Notes: generated by a model not told the origin, from the sequence alone. Positions 16,758 to 26,471 are shown, counted from the stretch's first letter. The stretch: DNA of 64,000 nucleotides from Chloroflexota bacterium (GCA_965261345.1 OZ253449.1:1760001-1824000); one strand, 5' to 3'. Made by a program: numbers and translations.

Positions 16758-18782
16758 CTAGCTGGGAGCCCCCAGTACCGCGCGCAGCCGTAGCGGATCC
16801 GTTTCCGGCTGCTGGCACACGAATTGGCGGCAGACGTAGGCGGCCGGTCGACCGTTGACCGGCCCACGATCGGCCAGAAGCGGGACCGGAGAGTCCGACC
16901 CGACTGCGATCACCCGGTCGGCGCGCCAGTTTTGGCGCACCGCCGCGATCAACGCCCGGGTCAAGCAGTCCCCGGGGTCTCCCGCGATTGCAACCTGCTG
17001 GGCCTGCGGTTCCAGCCAGAGCATCGCCTGCAGCCACTTGGAAAATGCGGTTCCATGGCGAATGAAGGTTTCGCCCAGGCCCGGTATCGAGGCCGCGGCG
17101 CGCTCGCGCCAGACCGACTCGCCGGTGAGCCCCCAGATGCGCAGCATCAGGCGTGCCGCCATGGCGGCTCCAGAGGGAGTGGCATTGTCCTCGCGCCGCC
17201 GGGGGCGGACCACCAGGTCTGCCTGATCGTGGGCGGTGTCGCAGAGCCCGCCATCGGGATCGCCGAAACGCTCGATCATGGTTTCCGCCAAGGCGACGGC
17301 CCGATCGAACCAGCGATGGTCGAAATCGCTTTCATACAGGGTCAGCAGGGCGTCGGCCAATCCGGCGTAATCCTCGAGAAATCCGACTCCACTGGCCTGC
17401 CCGTCGGCCCAGGAATGCGAAAGGCGGTCATCTTGCAGTACTTGTTCAAGCAGGAACCGGGCGGCGCGTTGGGCTGCACCCAAGTAGGCCGGATCTGCGA
17501 GCGCGGCGCCGGCCTCGGCGAAGCTGGCCAGCATCATGGCGTTCCAGGAAGTTACCGCCTTGCGATCGGTGGCTGGCGGAACTCGGCGGGAGCGCGCGTC
17601 CAGCAGCACCCGGCGCGAGCGGTCAAGGAGCTCGGCCAGCTCACTTTCATCGAGTTGGCCGCGGTGAGTCCGAACCCCGCCTTCGGGCGGTTCGTGGAGG
17701 ATGTTGCGACCTTCAAAATTTCCGCCCAGGGTCACGTCGTAATAGCGGCAGAAATCCCCGGCATCTTCGCCCAGCAGCGACTCGACCTCGTCGAGATCCC
17801 ATACGTAGTACTTCCCTTCAACTCCCTCTGAATCGGCATCCTGGGCCGCGTAAAACCAGCCGTCGGACCCGGTCATTTCGGCCAGGATGTAGTCAAGGGT
17901 CTGCCGGGTAACTGACAGGTAGCGTGAATTCCCGGTCAGCTGCCAGGCGTGCAGGTAGCAACCGGCCAGCTGGGCGTTGTCGTAGAGCATTTTTTCAAAA
18001 TGCGGCACCAGCCAAACGGCGTCAACCGAGTAGCGGTGGAATCCACCGCGCAGTTGATCGAATATCCCGCCCCGAGCCATCTGGTCCAGCGAGCGCAGTG
18101 CGGTCGAACGCGCATCCTGGTCACCGCTCTGGGCCGAATAGCCAAGCAGGAAATCGATCGTCATCGCCATCGGGAATTTGGGATCGTCGCCCCAGCCGCC
18201 GTTTTCTAAATCGAAGCTGTTGCAGGCCGCCGCGGCGGCCTGGGCCAGCAGGTCGTTGGGCAAATCGGCCCCGCCCAGCTGCTCAAACTCACCCAGGCGA
18301 TCGAGCAGGCGGGCGGCTACGTCGTTTACCTCGCCGCGCCGTTCACGCCAGGAGGCGGCGATCTGTTCGAGCACCATCGCAAAGGAGGGCATCCCGTAGC
18401 GTGGCTGCGGGGGAAAGTAGGTCCCGCCAAAAAACGGCTCGCCGCTGGGTTTTAGAAATACACTCATCGGCCAACCGCCCTGCCCGGCGATGGCCATAAC
18501 CGCGTTCATGTAGATGGAGTCGACATCCGGGCGTTCTTCGCGATCGACCTTGATCGCGATGAAATCGGCGCCCAGCGCCGCCGCGATCGCCGGGTCCTCA
18601 AACGATTCGTGGGCCATAACGTGGCACCAGTGGCAGGCCGAATAACCAACGCTTAGAAAAATCGGCTTGTCCTGCGAAAGGGCGGCCGCGAATGCTTCCG
18701 GTCCCCATTCATACCAGGCGACCGGATTGTCGGCGTGCTGACGCAGATAGAGGCTTTTGGCGCGGGCGAGACGATTGGGCAC
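16758..18782 (-). CDS. thioredoxin-domain DUF255/YyaL (SPATA20-like) protein
   Basis: NRL....SLYLRQHADNPV.W, GYSACHWCHVMAHESFE, KVDREERPDVD, GGWP, VPHFEKMLYDNAQL. Confidence 0.93.
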   Translation of the reverse strand: MPNRLARAKSLYLRQHADNPVAWYEWGPEAFAAALSQDKPIFLSVGYSACHWCHVMAHESFEDPAIAAALGADFIAIKVDREERPDVDSIYMNAVMAIAGQGGWPMSVFLKPSGEPFFGGTYFPPQPRYGMPSFAMVLEQIAASWRERRGEVNDVAARLLDRLGEFEQLGGADLPNDLLAQAAAAACNSFDLENGGWGDDPKFPMAMTIDFLLGYSAQSGDQDARSTALRSLDQMARGGIFDQLRGGFHRYSVDAVWLVPHFEKMLYDNAQLAGCYLHAWQLTGNSRYLSVTRQTLDYILAEMTGSDGWFYAAQDADSEGVEGKYYVWDLDEVESLLGEDAGDFCRYYDVTLGGNFEGRNILHEPPEGGVRTHRGQLDESELAELLDRSRRVLLDARSRRVPPATDRKAVTSWNAMMLASFAEAGAALADPAYLGAAQRAARFLLEQVLQDDRLSHSWADGQASGVGFLEDYAGLADALLTLYESDFDHRWFDRAVALAETMIERFGDPDGGLCDTAHDQADLVVRPRRREDNATPSGAAMAARLMLRIWGLTGESVWRERAAASIPGLGETFIRHGTAFSKWLQAMLWLEPQAQQVAIAGDPGDCLTRALIAAVRQNWRADRVIAVGSDSPVPLLADRGPVNGRPAAYVCRQFVCQQPETDPLRLRAVLGAPS

Positions 18783-18855
18783 TATTGGGTTTGGCCATTA
18801 ATTTGCATGATGGAAGAATTTACCGGGCCATGTACCAGACCCAGGGTGATCGGTT

Positions 18856-19593
18856 ATCTCATACTTTGACCCGCCCGGCGTTTACGACCAGGCGGTCTTT
18901 CCCGCCGCCGGCCCCCAGCGACCATTCGTGGCCGCCAATTTTGTGATTTCCGCCGACGGATCTGCGCGCAAGCCGGGACCGGCCTATCGGCATTTCTCAG
19001 GCCCCGTCGACCGCCGTTCTTTCCGCCGCCTGCGAATCCACTTTGATGCCATCCTGCGGGGGGCCCGGACGCTGGAGATCAACCCGATTCGGGATCTTGC
19101 CAATCCGGCGATTCGTCGGGCGCTGGACGAACGCGGCCGGCGGATGCCGGTGGTCGTAGCGGTTAGCAATTCCGGCCAGATTCCAGATGAGGCCGGGCTG
19201 ATCCGCGGCGCCGACCCGCAGTTGCCGCCAATCTTGTGCGTACCCGAGAATGCCAAGGTTTCAGCAACGGTTGCCCGGGCCTGCCGGGTATGGCGCTTTT
19301 CCGGGCCCCGCCTGGACCTTGCCCGGGTGCTTGAACGCCTCGGACGCCAATGCGGAGTGCAACGAGTTCTCTGCGAGGGTGGACCGACGCTCCTGCGTGG
19401 GCTGCTCGATCAGGGCCTGCTCGACGAATTGCTGCTCACGATTGCGCCCTGCCTGCTGGGCGACCCGGACAAACTGACGCTGTTGGGTGGGCAGCTCCCG
19501 TTCACACCGACGACGGTGCCCGACCTGGAGCTGATCGCAGTGCGGTCCGAGGCCGACGAAGTCTTTTTGCGTTACCGGGTCCGCGCCGGTTGA
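18856..19593 (+). CDS. stand-alone RibD C-terminal (pyrimidine reductase/DHFR-like) protein
   Basis: RPFVAANFVISADG, DAILRGART, LCEGGPTL..LLDELLLTIAP, EVFLRYR. The start is placed at ATC 18856 after GGTGATC; the ORF track uses GTG 18928. Confidence 0.8.
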   Translation: MSYFDPPGVYDQAVFPAAGPQRPFVAANFVISADGSARKPGPAYRHFSGPVDRRSFRRLRIHFDAILRGARTLEINPIRDLANPAIRRALDERGRRMPVVVAVSNSGQIPDEAGLIRGADPQLPPILCVPENAKVSATVARACRVWRFSGPRLDLARVLERLGRQCGVQRVLCEGGPTLLRGLLDQGLLDELLLTIAPCLLGDPDKLTLLGGQLPFTPTTVPDLELIAVRSEADEVFLRYRVRAG

Positions 19594-19597
19594 CCGG

Positions 19598-20410
19598 TTA
19601 CGGGTCGGTTGACCCGAATCGCTCAAGCGCGTTGTCGTATATCACGCACCGCAGCACTGCCAGGTAAGTTAGCACCAGCACCGAAGCCAAGCTGGCCACA
19701 ACCTGGGCCAACACCCCGAGCACGCCTCCATCGGACGAGATAAGGGAGGTAAAGATCGTCGCGGCGATGCTTGCCATCCAGTACATGAAGATTTCAGCGC
19801 CGGTGGCGCGGGCCAGGCGGAGCGACTCGCGCAGCAGATCGCGCAGGTCGAATCCGGTATCAACCAGCAGCGGGACGAAGTAGAAGCTGACGAAAACGAA
19901 TGCGATAAAAACGCCAAGGCCAAGCATCGCGGCCAGGATTCCCAGGGTCGGCGTGATCTGTCCGGCCGCCCACGCCACTGCGGCGGCAAGGCCCAGCAAC
20001 GCCAGCCAGAGAAGCACGAAGAGCGCGATTTGCAGCGATCGCCGTTCGATCGCCGCCAACCCCGCGCGCAGGTCGACCCGGTCGCCGCGATAGGACGCCA
20101 AGGCGTTGTACGTTATTCCAACCTCCAGGACCAGTCCGATTACGAAAAGGGCAATCAGGATCAGCGCCATGGATTTGGCGTAATCACCCAGTTCGTCGAG
20201 CAGCAGTCCGCCCGCGCCTTGGTCGCCGCCGGCAATGGCCGGTACCGCGGGGGCGAGCACCTCAGAGAGTGCGAAGCTGATTACGGTGCCTACCAGCATC
20301 CAAACCACCAGGAATGGGTTGTCGGAAAAAATCCCGTAGGCGACCCGGGCAAACGACCAGAAGCTCCAGGGTATGTCCCCAGGGCGCCTAGACTCTAATT
20401 CGTCGTTCAA
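19598..20410 (-). CDS. multi-pass hypothetical membrane protein
   Basis: About 6 hydrophobic segments with an ESLRL...IF pattern typical of glycerophosphoryl-diester membrane-domain-like proteins. Confidence 0.65.
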   Translation of the reverse strand: MNDELESRRPGDIPWSFWSFARVAYGIFSDNPFLVVWMLVGTVISFALSEVLAPAVPAIAGGDQGAGGLLLDELGDYAKSMALILIALFVIGLVLEVGITYNALASYRGDRVDLRAGLAAIERRSLQIALFVLLWLALLGLAAAVAWAAGQITPTLGILAAMLGLGVFIAFVFVSFYFVPLLVDTGFDLRDLLRESLRLARATGAEIFMYWMASIAATIFTSLISSDGGVLGVLAQVVASLASVLVLTYLAVLRCVIYDNALERFGSTDP

Positions 20411-20446
20411 ATGTGGGTATGCTTCCGGCGGGCAGGTTGACGAAAA

Positions 20447-20452
20447 ATTCTA
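20447..20452 (-). promoter_or_regulatory. putative -10 box TAGAAT
   Basis: CCTAGAAT on the minus strand upstream of the 20410 gene. Confidence 0.5.
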
Positions 20453-20456
20453 GGTT

Positions 20457-20780
20457 TTGACAGAACTTTCGACAGTGCCGGATCATAACCCGTCAGCCGT
20501 TCGACTGGCTGCAAGCGACAACGTCGCCACCCTGGTGAGGCCGGCCAAAGCCGGCGAAACGGTGGCGGTGATCGATGCGCGCGCGCACCGCGTCGTGGCC
20601 CGCGAGGACATTCCGTTCGGTTTCAAGATCGCAATTTCACCGATCGGGACCGGCGAAATGGTGGTCAAGTACGGGTCTCCAATCGGGCAGGCCACCCGAC
20701 CGATCGATGCCGGCCAGCTGGTGCATGTCCACAATCTGGCCGGCCTCCGGGCCGGCGGCGACCATCGGCGGCCGGCCTGA
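20457..20780 (+). CDS. UxaA-family SAF-domain subunit
   Basis: DNVAT, IPFGFKIA, VVKYG.PIG.A..I.AG..VHVHN. An alternative GTG start lies at 20475. Confidence 0.88.
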   Translation: MTELSTVPDHNPSAVRLAASDNVATLVRPAKAGETVAVIDARAHRVVAREDIPFGFKIAISPIGTGEMVVKYGSPIGQATRPIDAGQLVHVHNLAGLRAGGDHRRPA

Positions 20781-21958
20781 GCGCCGAGTTTGCCGGGTTC
20801 GCCCGCCCCGATGGATCAGTGGGAACCCGCAATCACGTGCTGATCCTGCCCGGTGGTTGGGAGTGCCAGCAGATCGTGAACATGGTTGAGGGCACGGTAA
20901 CTCCCAACTCGCCCGATCTTGGCATCGGCCGGATCCGACCTGACCGCGAGACCATTACTCGGATGCAGACCGGTCTGGCGCTCAACCCCAACGTCTACGG
21001 GGTGATCGTGGTGGCTGGCCTGGGTGGCATAAATGATGAACTTCTAAACGGCCAACTGGCCGCTGACGTCTGCCGCGAGGCCGGAAAACCGTTTGAGATC
21101 GTAGAACACGACGGGTGGCAGGCAATTGCCCACGGCGGCCAGTTGGCCGCCCGAATGGTCCATGCCGCATCTGCCCTGCAGCGGATCACGGTTCCGGCCA
21201 GCGCTCTCACCGTGGGGGTCAAGTGCGGCGGCTCGGACCCGACCTCGGGCCTCGCCGGAAATCCCGCCGTGGGTCGGATGTTCGACCGCGTGGTGGAGGC
21301 GGGTGGCACCGCCTTGTTCTCCGAAACGACCGAGCTGATCGGCGCCGAGCACGAACTGGCCAAGCGCTGCGTTTCCGAGGCCGTGCGGACCGAGTTGCTT
21401 GACCTGATCTCCGCCCACGAACAAATGGGGCGCTCGGTCGGGCAGGACATCCGCTCCATTAATCCGGGGCCGGCCAACATCGAGGCGGGGATAAGCACGC
21501 TTGAAGAGAAAAGCTTGGGGGCGATTCACAAGGCTGGCAGCGCTCCCCTACAGGGTGTCCTTGACTGGGCTCAACGCCCCGCCGGGAAGGGCCTGTACTT
21601 CATGCACAGCTCAGCCAGCAGTTACAAAGTCGTCCTTCCCGGCATGGCCGGGGCCGGCTGCAACTTGGTCTTTTTCCAGTTTGGCGGCGGCGGATCGCGG
21701 CGGCGGACCCTTACCGGCGGTGAGGGCATTGTGGCGCCGCAGGTCTGGGTGACCGGCAACCCGCGCACCGCTCAAAATATTCCCGATGGAATTGACTTTT
21801 CGGCCGGCGGGGCGATCATCGCCGGCCGAAAAGTCGCTGAGCTGGGCGATGAATTGTTCGAGCTGGTGCTCTCAATCGCCTCCGGGCAGCTGGCGCGGAC
21901 TGAAATGCTCCGCTTTTTCGATCCGGTGCAATATCACCTCCCCGGCCCCAACTTTTAA
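20777..21958 (+). CDS. UxaA-family hydrolase/dehydratase large subunit (altronate dehydratase/SuyB-like)
   Basis: F.GF.RPDGSVGTRNHV, NPNVYG, KCGGSDPTSGLAGNPAVG, SETTELIGAEH, NPGPANIEAGISTLEEKSLGA..K.G. The start is placed at CTG 20777 (CTGA overlap). Confidence 0.88.
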   Translation: MSAEFAGFARPDGSVGTRNHVLILPGGWECQQIVNMVEGTVTPNSPDLGIGRIRPDRETITRMQTGLALNPNVYGVIVVAGLGGINDELLNGQLAADVCREAGKPFEIVEHDGWQAIAHGGQLAARMVHAASALQRITVPASALTVGVKCGGSDPTSGLAGNPAVGRMFDRVVEAGGTALFSETTELIGAEHELAKRCVSEAVRTELLDLISAHEQMGRSVGQDIRSINPGPANIEAGISTLEEKSLGAIHKAGSAPLQGVLDWAQRPAGKGLYFMHSSASSYKVVLPGMAGAGCNLVFFQFGGGGSRRRTLTGGEGIVAPQVWVTGNPRTAQNIPDGIDFSAGGAIIAGRKVAELGDELFELVLSIASGQLARTEMLRFFDPVQYHLPGPNF

Positions 21959-23508
21959 GGGCCGGCGCAGCAATATTCCAATTGGCCGAGCGCGCCATCG
22001 CCGGCCCGGAGGCTCGCTGCCGCGTGGGGAACCAGGTCGGGTAGGTCGGCCGCGATAACTCCAAGCGGACCGATCCGGGCCAGGGCCAGCTGCCCGCTGC
22101 GGGCATGCAGGTAGGAGCCGAGCCGAGCCGCATCCCAGGTTGAACGGCCCTGGGCCAGCAGGCCGGCGATGATTCCGGTCAGCACGTCACCGGATCCGGC
22201 GGTGGCCAGCGCCGGGCAGATCAGTGGGATGATGCAGTAATGCCCATCCGGCCGGGCAATGATCGTGCCGGCGCCCTTGAGCACAACCACCGCACCCGAC
22301 CGGGCGGCGGCGGTGCGGGCGGATCCCAGTCGGTCGGCATTGACCCGATCAACTGCGATCGCTAGCAACCGGGCCATCTCGCCGGGGTGTGGGGTCAGTA
22401 CCATCGGGCAATCCGGGCTGGCGATCGGCGCCGCACCCGTCAGCGGGGCGACGAGGGTCAGCCCGTCGGCATCGAGCACCAGCGGCTGGCGGCGAACTCG
22501 GTTGCCCAGCAGCCCGGTTAGGAATCGGCGGGGGCCGCTTCCCAGCGACAGCCCAGGACCGACCGCCAGGGCACTGGCGCGCGCGAGCAAGCCGCCAATT
22601 TCAATGACGGCCTGCTCGCTGATGGAGCCGTCGGACCCGGGCAGCAGTGTGTAGGTGGGCCCGGCCATCCGGGCCGCGGTGGCGGCCACGACCGGCTCGA
22701 TCGCGGCCAGTTCGACGTACCCGGCGCCCGCCCGCTGCGCCCCGGCGCAGACCAGGCCGGCTGCTCCACGATATTGCCGCGATCCCGATATTGCCACCAC
22801 CCGGCCGAAGGTCCCCTTATGACCGTCCGGCGGCCGTGCCGGCAAAAGCGCCAGGGCGTCCGCGTCGGTCAACGCCATGCCCTCGCCGACCGATCCGAGG
22901 CCGATGTCGGTGTCAACTATTCGACCGGCGTTGGGGCGGGCCGGAAATTGAAGGACTCCCAGTTTGCACGGTCCGGCGGCAATTGTCAGATCGGCGGTGA
23001 AGGCCTCTGGGTCACTCTCGCCGGTCTGGGCGCAGACTCCCGACGGCTGGTCGATGGCGATGCGATAGGCGGTTGAACCGGCGACCGCGGCTAGGATTTT
23101 TTGCACCGGCCCGCGCAGCGGCGGGGCCGACCCGATCCCCAGCAGGCCGTCCAATATGAAGTCGCAACCGACGGCCAGGTCGCCGGCCCGAGCGGCATCT
23201 TCAGCGTAGGTAGCGCCCGGGATTTCGCCGGCCAACCGGATCGCCTGCGGGTTGGGGCGCGAACAGAGCAGGTCCACCCGACAGCCGCGCGCGGCCAGCC
23301 GGCGCGCCACAATCAGGCCGTCACCGCCGTTGGATCCCGGACCGATCAGGCAAAGGACGCGCCGCCCGGGCAGGTCCGGCCGATTCCGCATGATGGCGCC
23401 AAAGATTGCCGCACCGGCCCGCTCCATCAGCGCCGTCGCGGTCGTTCCGGTGGCCAGCGCCGACCCTTCAGCGGTGCGCATCTCGGCCACCGTGCAGACC
23501 GCGGTCAC
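21955..23508 (-). CDS. nnr: bifunctional NAD(P)H-hydrate epimerase/dehydratase
   Basis: LMERAG, GPGSNGGDG, DGLLGIG, HKGTFG, GPGL, DADGL, TPHPGEM.RL, LKGAGT, ATAGSGDVLTG. Confidence 0.93.
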   Translation of the reverse strand: MTAVCTVAEMRTAEGSALATGTTATALMERAGAAIFGAIMRNRPDLPGRRVLCLIGPGSNGGDGLIVARRLAARGCRVDLLCSRPNPQAIRLAGEIPGATYAEDAARAGDLAVGCDFILDGLLGIGSAPPLRGPVQKILAAVAGSTAYRIAIDQPSGVCAQTGESDPEAFTADLTIAAGPCKLGVLQFPARPNAGRIVDTDIGLGSVGEGMALTDADALALLPARPPDGHKGTFGRVVAISGSRQYRGAAGLVCAGAQRAGAGYVELAAIEPVVAATAARMAGPTYTLLPGSDGSISEQAVIEIGGLLARASALAVGPGLSLGSGPRRFLTGLLGNRVRRQPLVLDADGLTLVAPLTGAAPIASPDCPMVLTPHPGEMARLLAIAVDRVNADRLGSARTAAARSGAVVVLKGAGTIIARPDGHYCIIPLICPALATAGSGDVLTGIIAGLLAQGRSTWDAARLGSYLHARSGQLALARIGPLGVIAADLPDLVPHAAASLRAGDGALGQLEYCCAGP

Positions 23509-23891
23509 GGGCCGACCCCGGAGGTGATGCCCACCACTTGGGCGATTGCCAACTTGTCGGTGTGGGTCATGCTGACCTCGAGGACCGTAATTCCGAGCAC
23601 CTGGGCCCGCCGCTTGGCCGCGCCGTGCAGACGCACCAAGGGTTTGCCGCGATCGTCGCTGTATATTTCCATTTCCGGGAAATAGATTCCTCTTAGGCCT
23701 GTGCCGAGGGCCTTGGAGATCGCCTCCTTGGCGGCGAATCGGGCGGCCAGTTCGGGAACCCGGCCACGACAGTATTCGACTTCGGCAACGGTAAAGATCT
23801 TGCGCAGGAAGCGCCCCTGATGCCGTTCCAACAGTGCTCCGACGCGCTTGATTTCCACTGCATCAATCCCGGCCACCAAACTCAACGTCAC
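23505..23891 (-). CDS. acpS: holo-ACP synthase
   Basis: GIDAVEI.R, FT..E, AARFAAKEAISKALGTG, GKP, SMTH. Confidence 0.94.
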   Translation of the reverse strand: MTLSLVAGIDAVEIKRVGALLERHQGRFLRKIFTVAEVEYCRGRVPELAARFAAKEAISKALGTGLRGIYFPEMEIYSDDRGKPLVRLHGAAKRRAQVLGITVLEVSMTHTDKLAIAQVVGITSGVGP

Positions 23892-24161
23892 CTAGGCGAC
23901 GATCGCAAAGCCTGAGTATTCGCGTGGGTGCAGGTCGACCGAGCCAACCTGCGCGACCAGGGCCAGGGTCGGGCCCTGCCGGGCCCGACGTTCGAGCCGG
24001 TCAAGGTCGCAATCGCGCCCACAGGCCGTGATTTCGACCGTCCCGTCGGGCAGGTTCCGTACGAATCCGCTCAGCCCCAGGGCGCGTGCACGAGTCTGGA
24101 TAAACTGGCGATAACCGACCTGTTGGACCCGCCCCGAAACTACGAATTTTCGAGTTGTCAA
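23892..24161 (-). CDS. acyP: acylphosphatase
   Basis: VSGRVQQVGYR, GFVRNLPDGTVE, QGP..A.V; start at TTG 24161. Confidence 0.9.
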   Translation of the reverse strand: MTTRKFVVSGRVQQVGYRQFIQTRARALGLSGFVRNLPDGTVEITACGRDCDLDRLERRARQGPTLALVAQVGSVDLHPREYSGFAIVA

Positions 24162-24171
24162 TGGTATCGAG

Positions 24172-25230
24172 CTATTCGCCCAGGCCCAGGGGCAACTGGC
24201 CCGATTCATTTCGCCGGCGGATGTTTGACGGTTCGATTCCCATGTGTTCGAACGCCCGCCGGGTGGCCATCCGACCGCGCGGAGTGCGGGCCAGGTATCC
24301 GATCTGCAACAGGTAGGGTTCGTGGTAATCCTCGATCGTGGCGGTGTCCTCTGATAGCGACGCCGCAATCGTGCCGACCCCGACCGGCCCGCCGTCATAT
24401 TTGCCGATGATGGTGGAAAGTATCCGGCGGTCCATCTCGTCTAGTCCCTGATGATCGATATCGAGCATGGCCAGGGCCTGGTCGGTCAGATCGGCGGTTA
24501 TCTTTCCGTCGCCAACTACCTGGCAATAGTCGCGGACCCGCCGAAGCAAGCGATTGCAGACTCGCGCGGTGCCCCGCGACCGGGTGGCGATCATTCCGGC
24601 CGCCGCCGAATCGATGGACACTCTGAGCAGGCGGGCCGAGCGGACTATGATCGATTCGCATTCGGCTGCAGAGTAATAGTCGAGTCGATAGGTCTCGCCG
24701 AAGCGGTCGCGCAAGGGCGCTGACAGCAGCCCCATACGGGTCGTCGCGCCGACCAGGGTGAACGGTTCGATCGCAATCCGATAGGTGCGCTGGGCGGCGC
24801 CCGATCCTCGGCCAGTCACTAGATCCAACTGGCCGTCCTCCATCGCCGGATAGAGGATTTCCTCCACCATCTTGGACAGGCGGTGGATCTCGTCAATGAA
24901 CAGGATGTCGCCGGTCCGCAGGCTGTTTAGCAGCGCCGCCAGGTCGCCGGGGCGTCCCAGAGCGGGGCCCGAGCTGACACGAATATTGGACTCGGTCTGG
25001 GTTGCGATGATGTAGGCCAGTGACGTTTTACCCAGCCCCGGTGGCCCCGCTAGGAGCACGTGGTCGGTGGTATCGCCGCGGCTGCGCGCGGCCCCTATGA
25101 GGATTTTTAGGCGCGTTTTGACCCGCGCCTGGCCGATGAATTCGTCGTCGTCTAGCGAACGCGGTCGCAGCGCCTGTTCGAACTGCTTGTCCGGGGCGTC
25201 CTGCTCGGGCGCAACTACCGAATCGGGCAT
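24172..25230 (-). CDS. ruvB: Holliday junction branch migration ATPase RuvB
   Basis: LRP, GPPGLGKT, FIDEIHRL, LYPAMED, GATTR.G, PLRDRFG, RTPRGR. Confidence 0.97.
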   Translation of the reverse strand: MPDSVVAPEQDAPDKQFEQALRPRSLDDDEFIGQARVKTRLKILIGAARSRGDTTDHVLLAGPPGLGKTSLAYIIATQTESNIRVSSGPALGRPGDLAALLNSLRTGDILFIDEIHRLSKMVEEILYPAMEDGQLDLVTGRGSGAAQRTYRIAIEPFTLVGATTRMGLLSAPLRDRFGETYRLDYYSAAECESIIVRSARLLRVSIDSAAAGMIATRSRGTARVCNRLLRRVRDYCQVVGDGKITADLTDQALAMLDIDHQGLDEMDRRILSTIIGKYDGGPVGVGTIAASLSEDTATIEDYHEPYLLQIGYLARTPRGRMATRRAFEHMGIEPSNIRRRNESGQLPLGLGE

Positions 25231-25385
25231 GCCCCATCGATTGCAGCTAGCAGGCTAGATCCCCTTCATCGAACGCCGTCGCGATTCGCGGGCCTTTATC
25301 GACTTGCCCGGCATCAGCCGGTTGCGTCCCCTGGCCAATATCAATGCTATTTCAACCTAGGACGCCAACCAAGCGGTCGCCCAGG

Positions 25386-25976
25386 CTAGATTAGCGCCGC
25401 CAATGCGGCCCGTATTTGGTCCTCCACGCTCATCTCGGGCTCGACCCCGCGGGCGAGCGCGTCGGCGGCCGCGGCGCGCGAATATCCGAGACTTTCCAGC
25501 GCCGCCAGCGCCTCGTGCGAATCTGAATCCGGCACTCCGGCCGGCCGGATTCCGCCGAATTCGACCTCCGACAGCTTGCCCTTGAGGTCGACGACGATTC
25601 GCGAAGCGGCCCGCGCCCCAACTCCCGAGACCGTGCGCAAGGTCTTCTCGTCCTCGTTGTTTACGGCGGCCGCGATGCGCTGCGGCGAGAGCTCGGAAAT
25701 TATCCGCTGGCCCAACCGGGGCCCCACCCGGGGAACGGTCAGGAGGAACTCAAACACCTTGAGCTCGCCAACGTCGGCGAACCCGAAGAGCTCGGGGCCC
25801 GAACCGCCCATGATGAGATGGGTGGGGAATTCGAGTTCGTGCTTGGGTTCGGCTCTTTCCAGCAGGCGGCGGCTGGCGGCAATCCTCAGGGTGATTCCCA
25901 GACCTTTAACCGCCACCTCCAGAAATGAGTTCTCGGAGTCGCGGGAGAAGACCGTGCCTTGTACCCGGCGGATCAT
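25386..25976 (-). CDS. ruvA: Holliday junction DNA-binding protein RuvA
   Basis: MI...G, LFGF, two HhH motifs (VPRVGPR, VSGVGAR.A.RI), AL.SLGYS. Confidence 0.92.
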   Translation of the reverse strand: MIRRVQGTVFSRDSENSFLEVAVKGLGITLRIAASRRLLERAEPKHELEFPTHLIMGGSGPELFGFADVGELKVFEFLLTVPRVGPRLGQRIISELSPQRIAAAVNNEDEKTLRTVSGVGARAASRIVVDLKGKLSEVEFGGIRPAGVPDSDSHEALAALESLGYSRAAAADALARGVEPEMSVEDQIRAALAALI

Positions 25977-26470
25977 CCGACGCGGCGGCTCAGTCCGCGT
26001 TCGATGTCGCGGTTGTGGATGTGACAGATTGCCGCCGCCACCGCGTCGGCGGCGTGACTTGGTTCGATCAGGTACTCAACCCGCAGGATCGCCTTTAGCA
26101 GTTGTTGGACATCGGACTTGGAGGCGTTGCCGGACCCTGTCACCGCCGATTTGATTTCGGCCGGCGAGTACTCGGCCACCCGAAGCCCATGTTTCTTGGC
26201 GGCCAGAATAACCACCCCGCAGGCACAAAAGGTTGCCGACGCAGTTGTTACATTGCGGGCAAATGTCTGTCGTTCAAGCGCCAGGTCGGTTACCAGGTTG
26301 GCCCCCAGCAGCTCGTTTATGGCGGCGTCGATGGCCTCCAGGCGCGACCCCAGGTCGGCGCCGCGTGGCGGGCGCACCGCCCCGGCGGAAACGAGCCGCG
26401 GCTGACTGTCGCCACTGACCAAACCCCAGCCAAGATTGGCGGTTCCCGGGTCGATACCTAGCGTGAGCAT
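25973..26470 (-). CDS. ruvC: crossover junction endodeoxyribonuclease RuvC
   Basis: LGIDPG...GWG, YSP.EIK.AVTG.G.A.K, AADA.A.AICH; ATG at 26470. Confidence 0.95.
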   Translation of the reverse strand: MLTLGIDPGTANLGWGLVSGDSQPRLVSAGAVRPPRGADLGSRLEAIDAAINELLGANLVTDLALERQTFARNVTTASATFCACGVVILAAKKHGLRVAEYSPAEIKSAVTGSGNASKSDVQQLLKAILRVEYLIEPSHAADAVAAAICHIHNRDIERGLSRRVG

Positions 26471-26471
26471 C

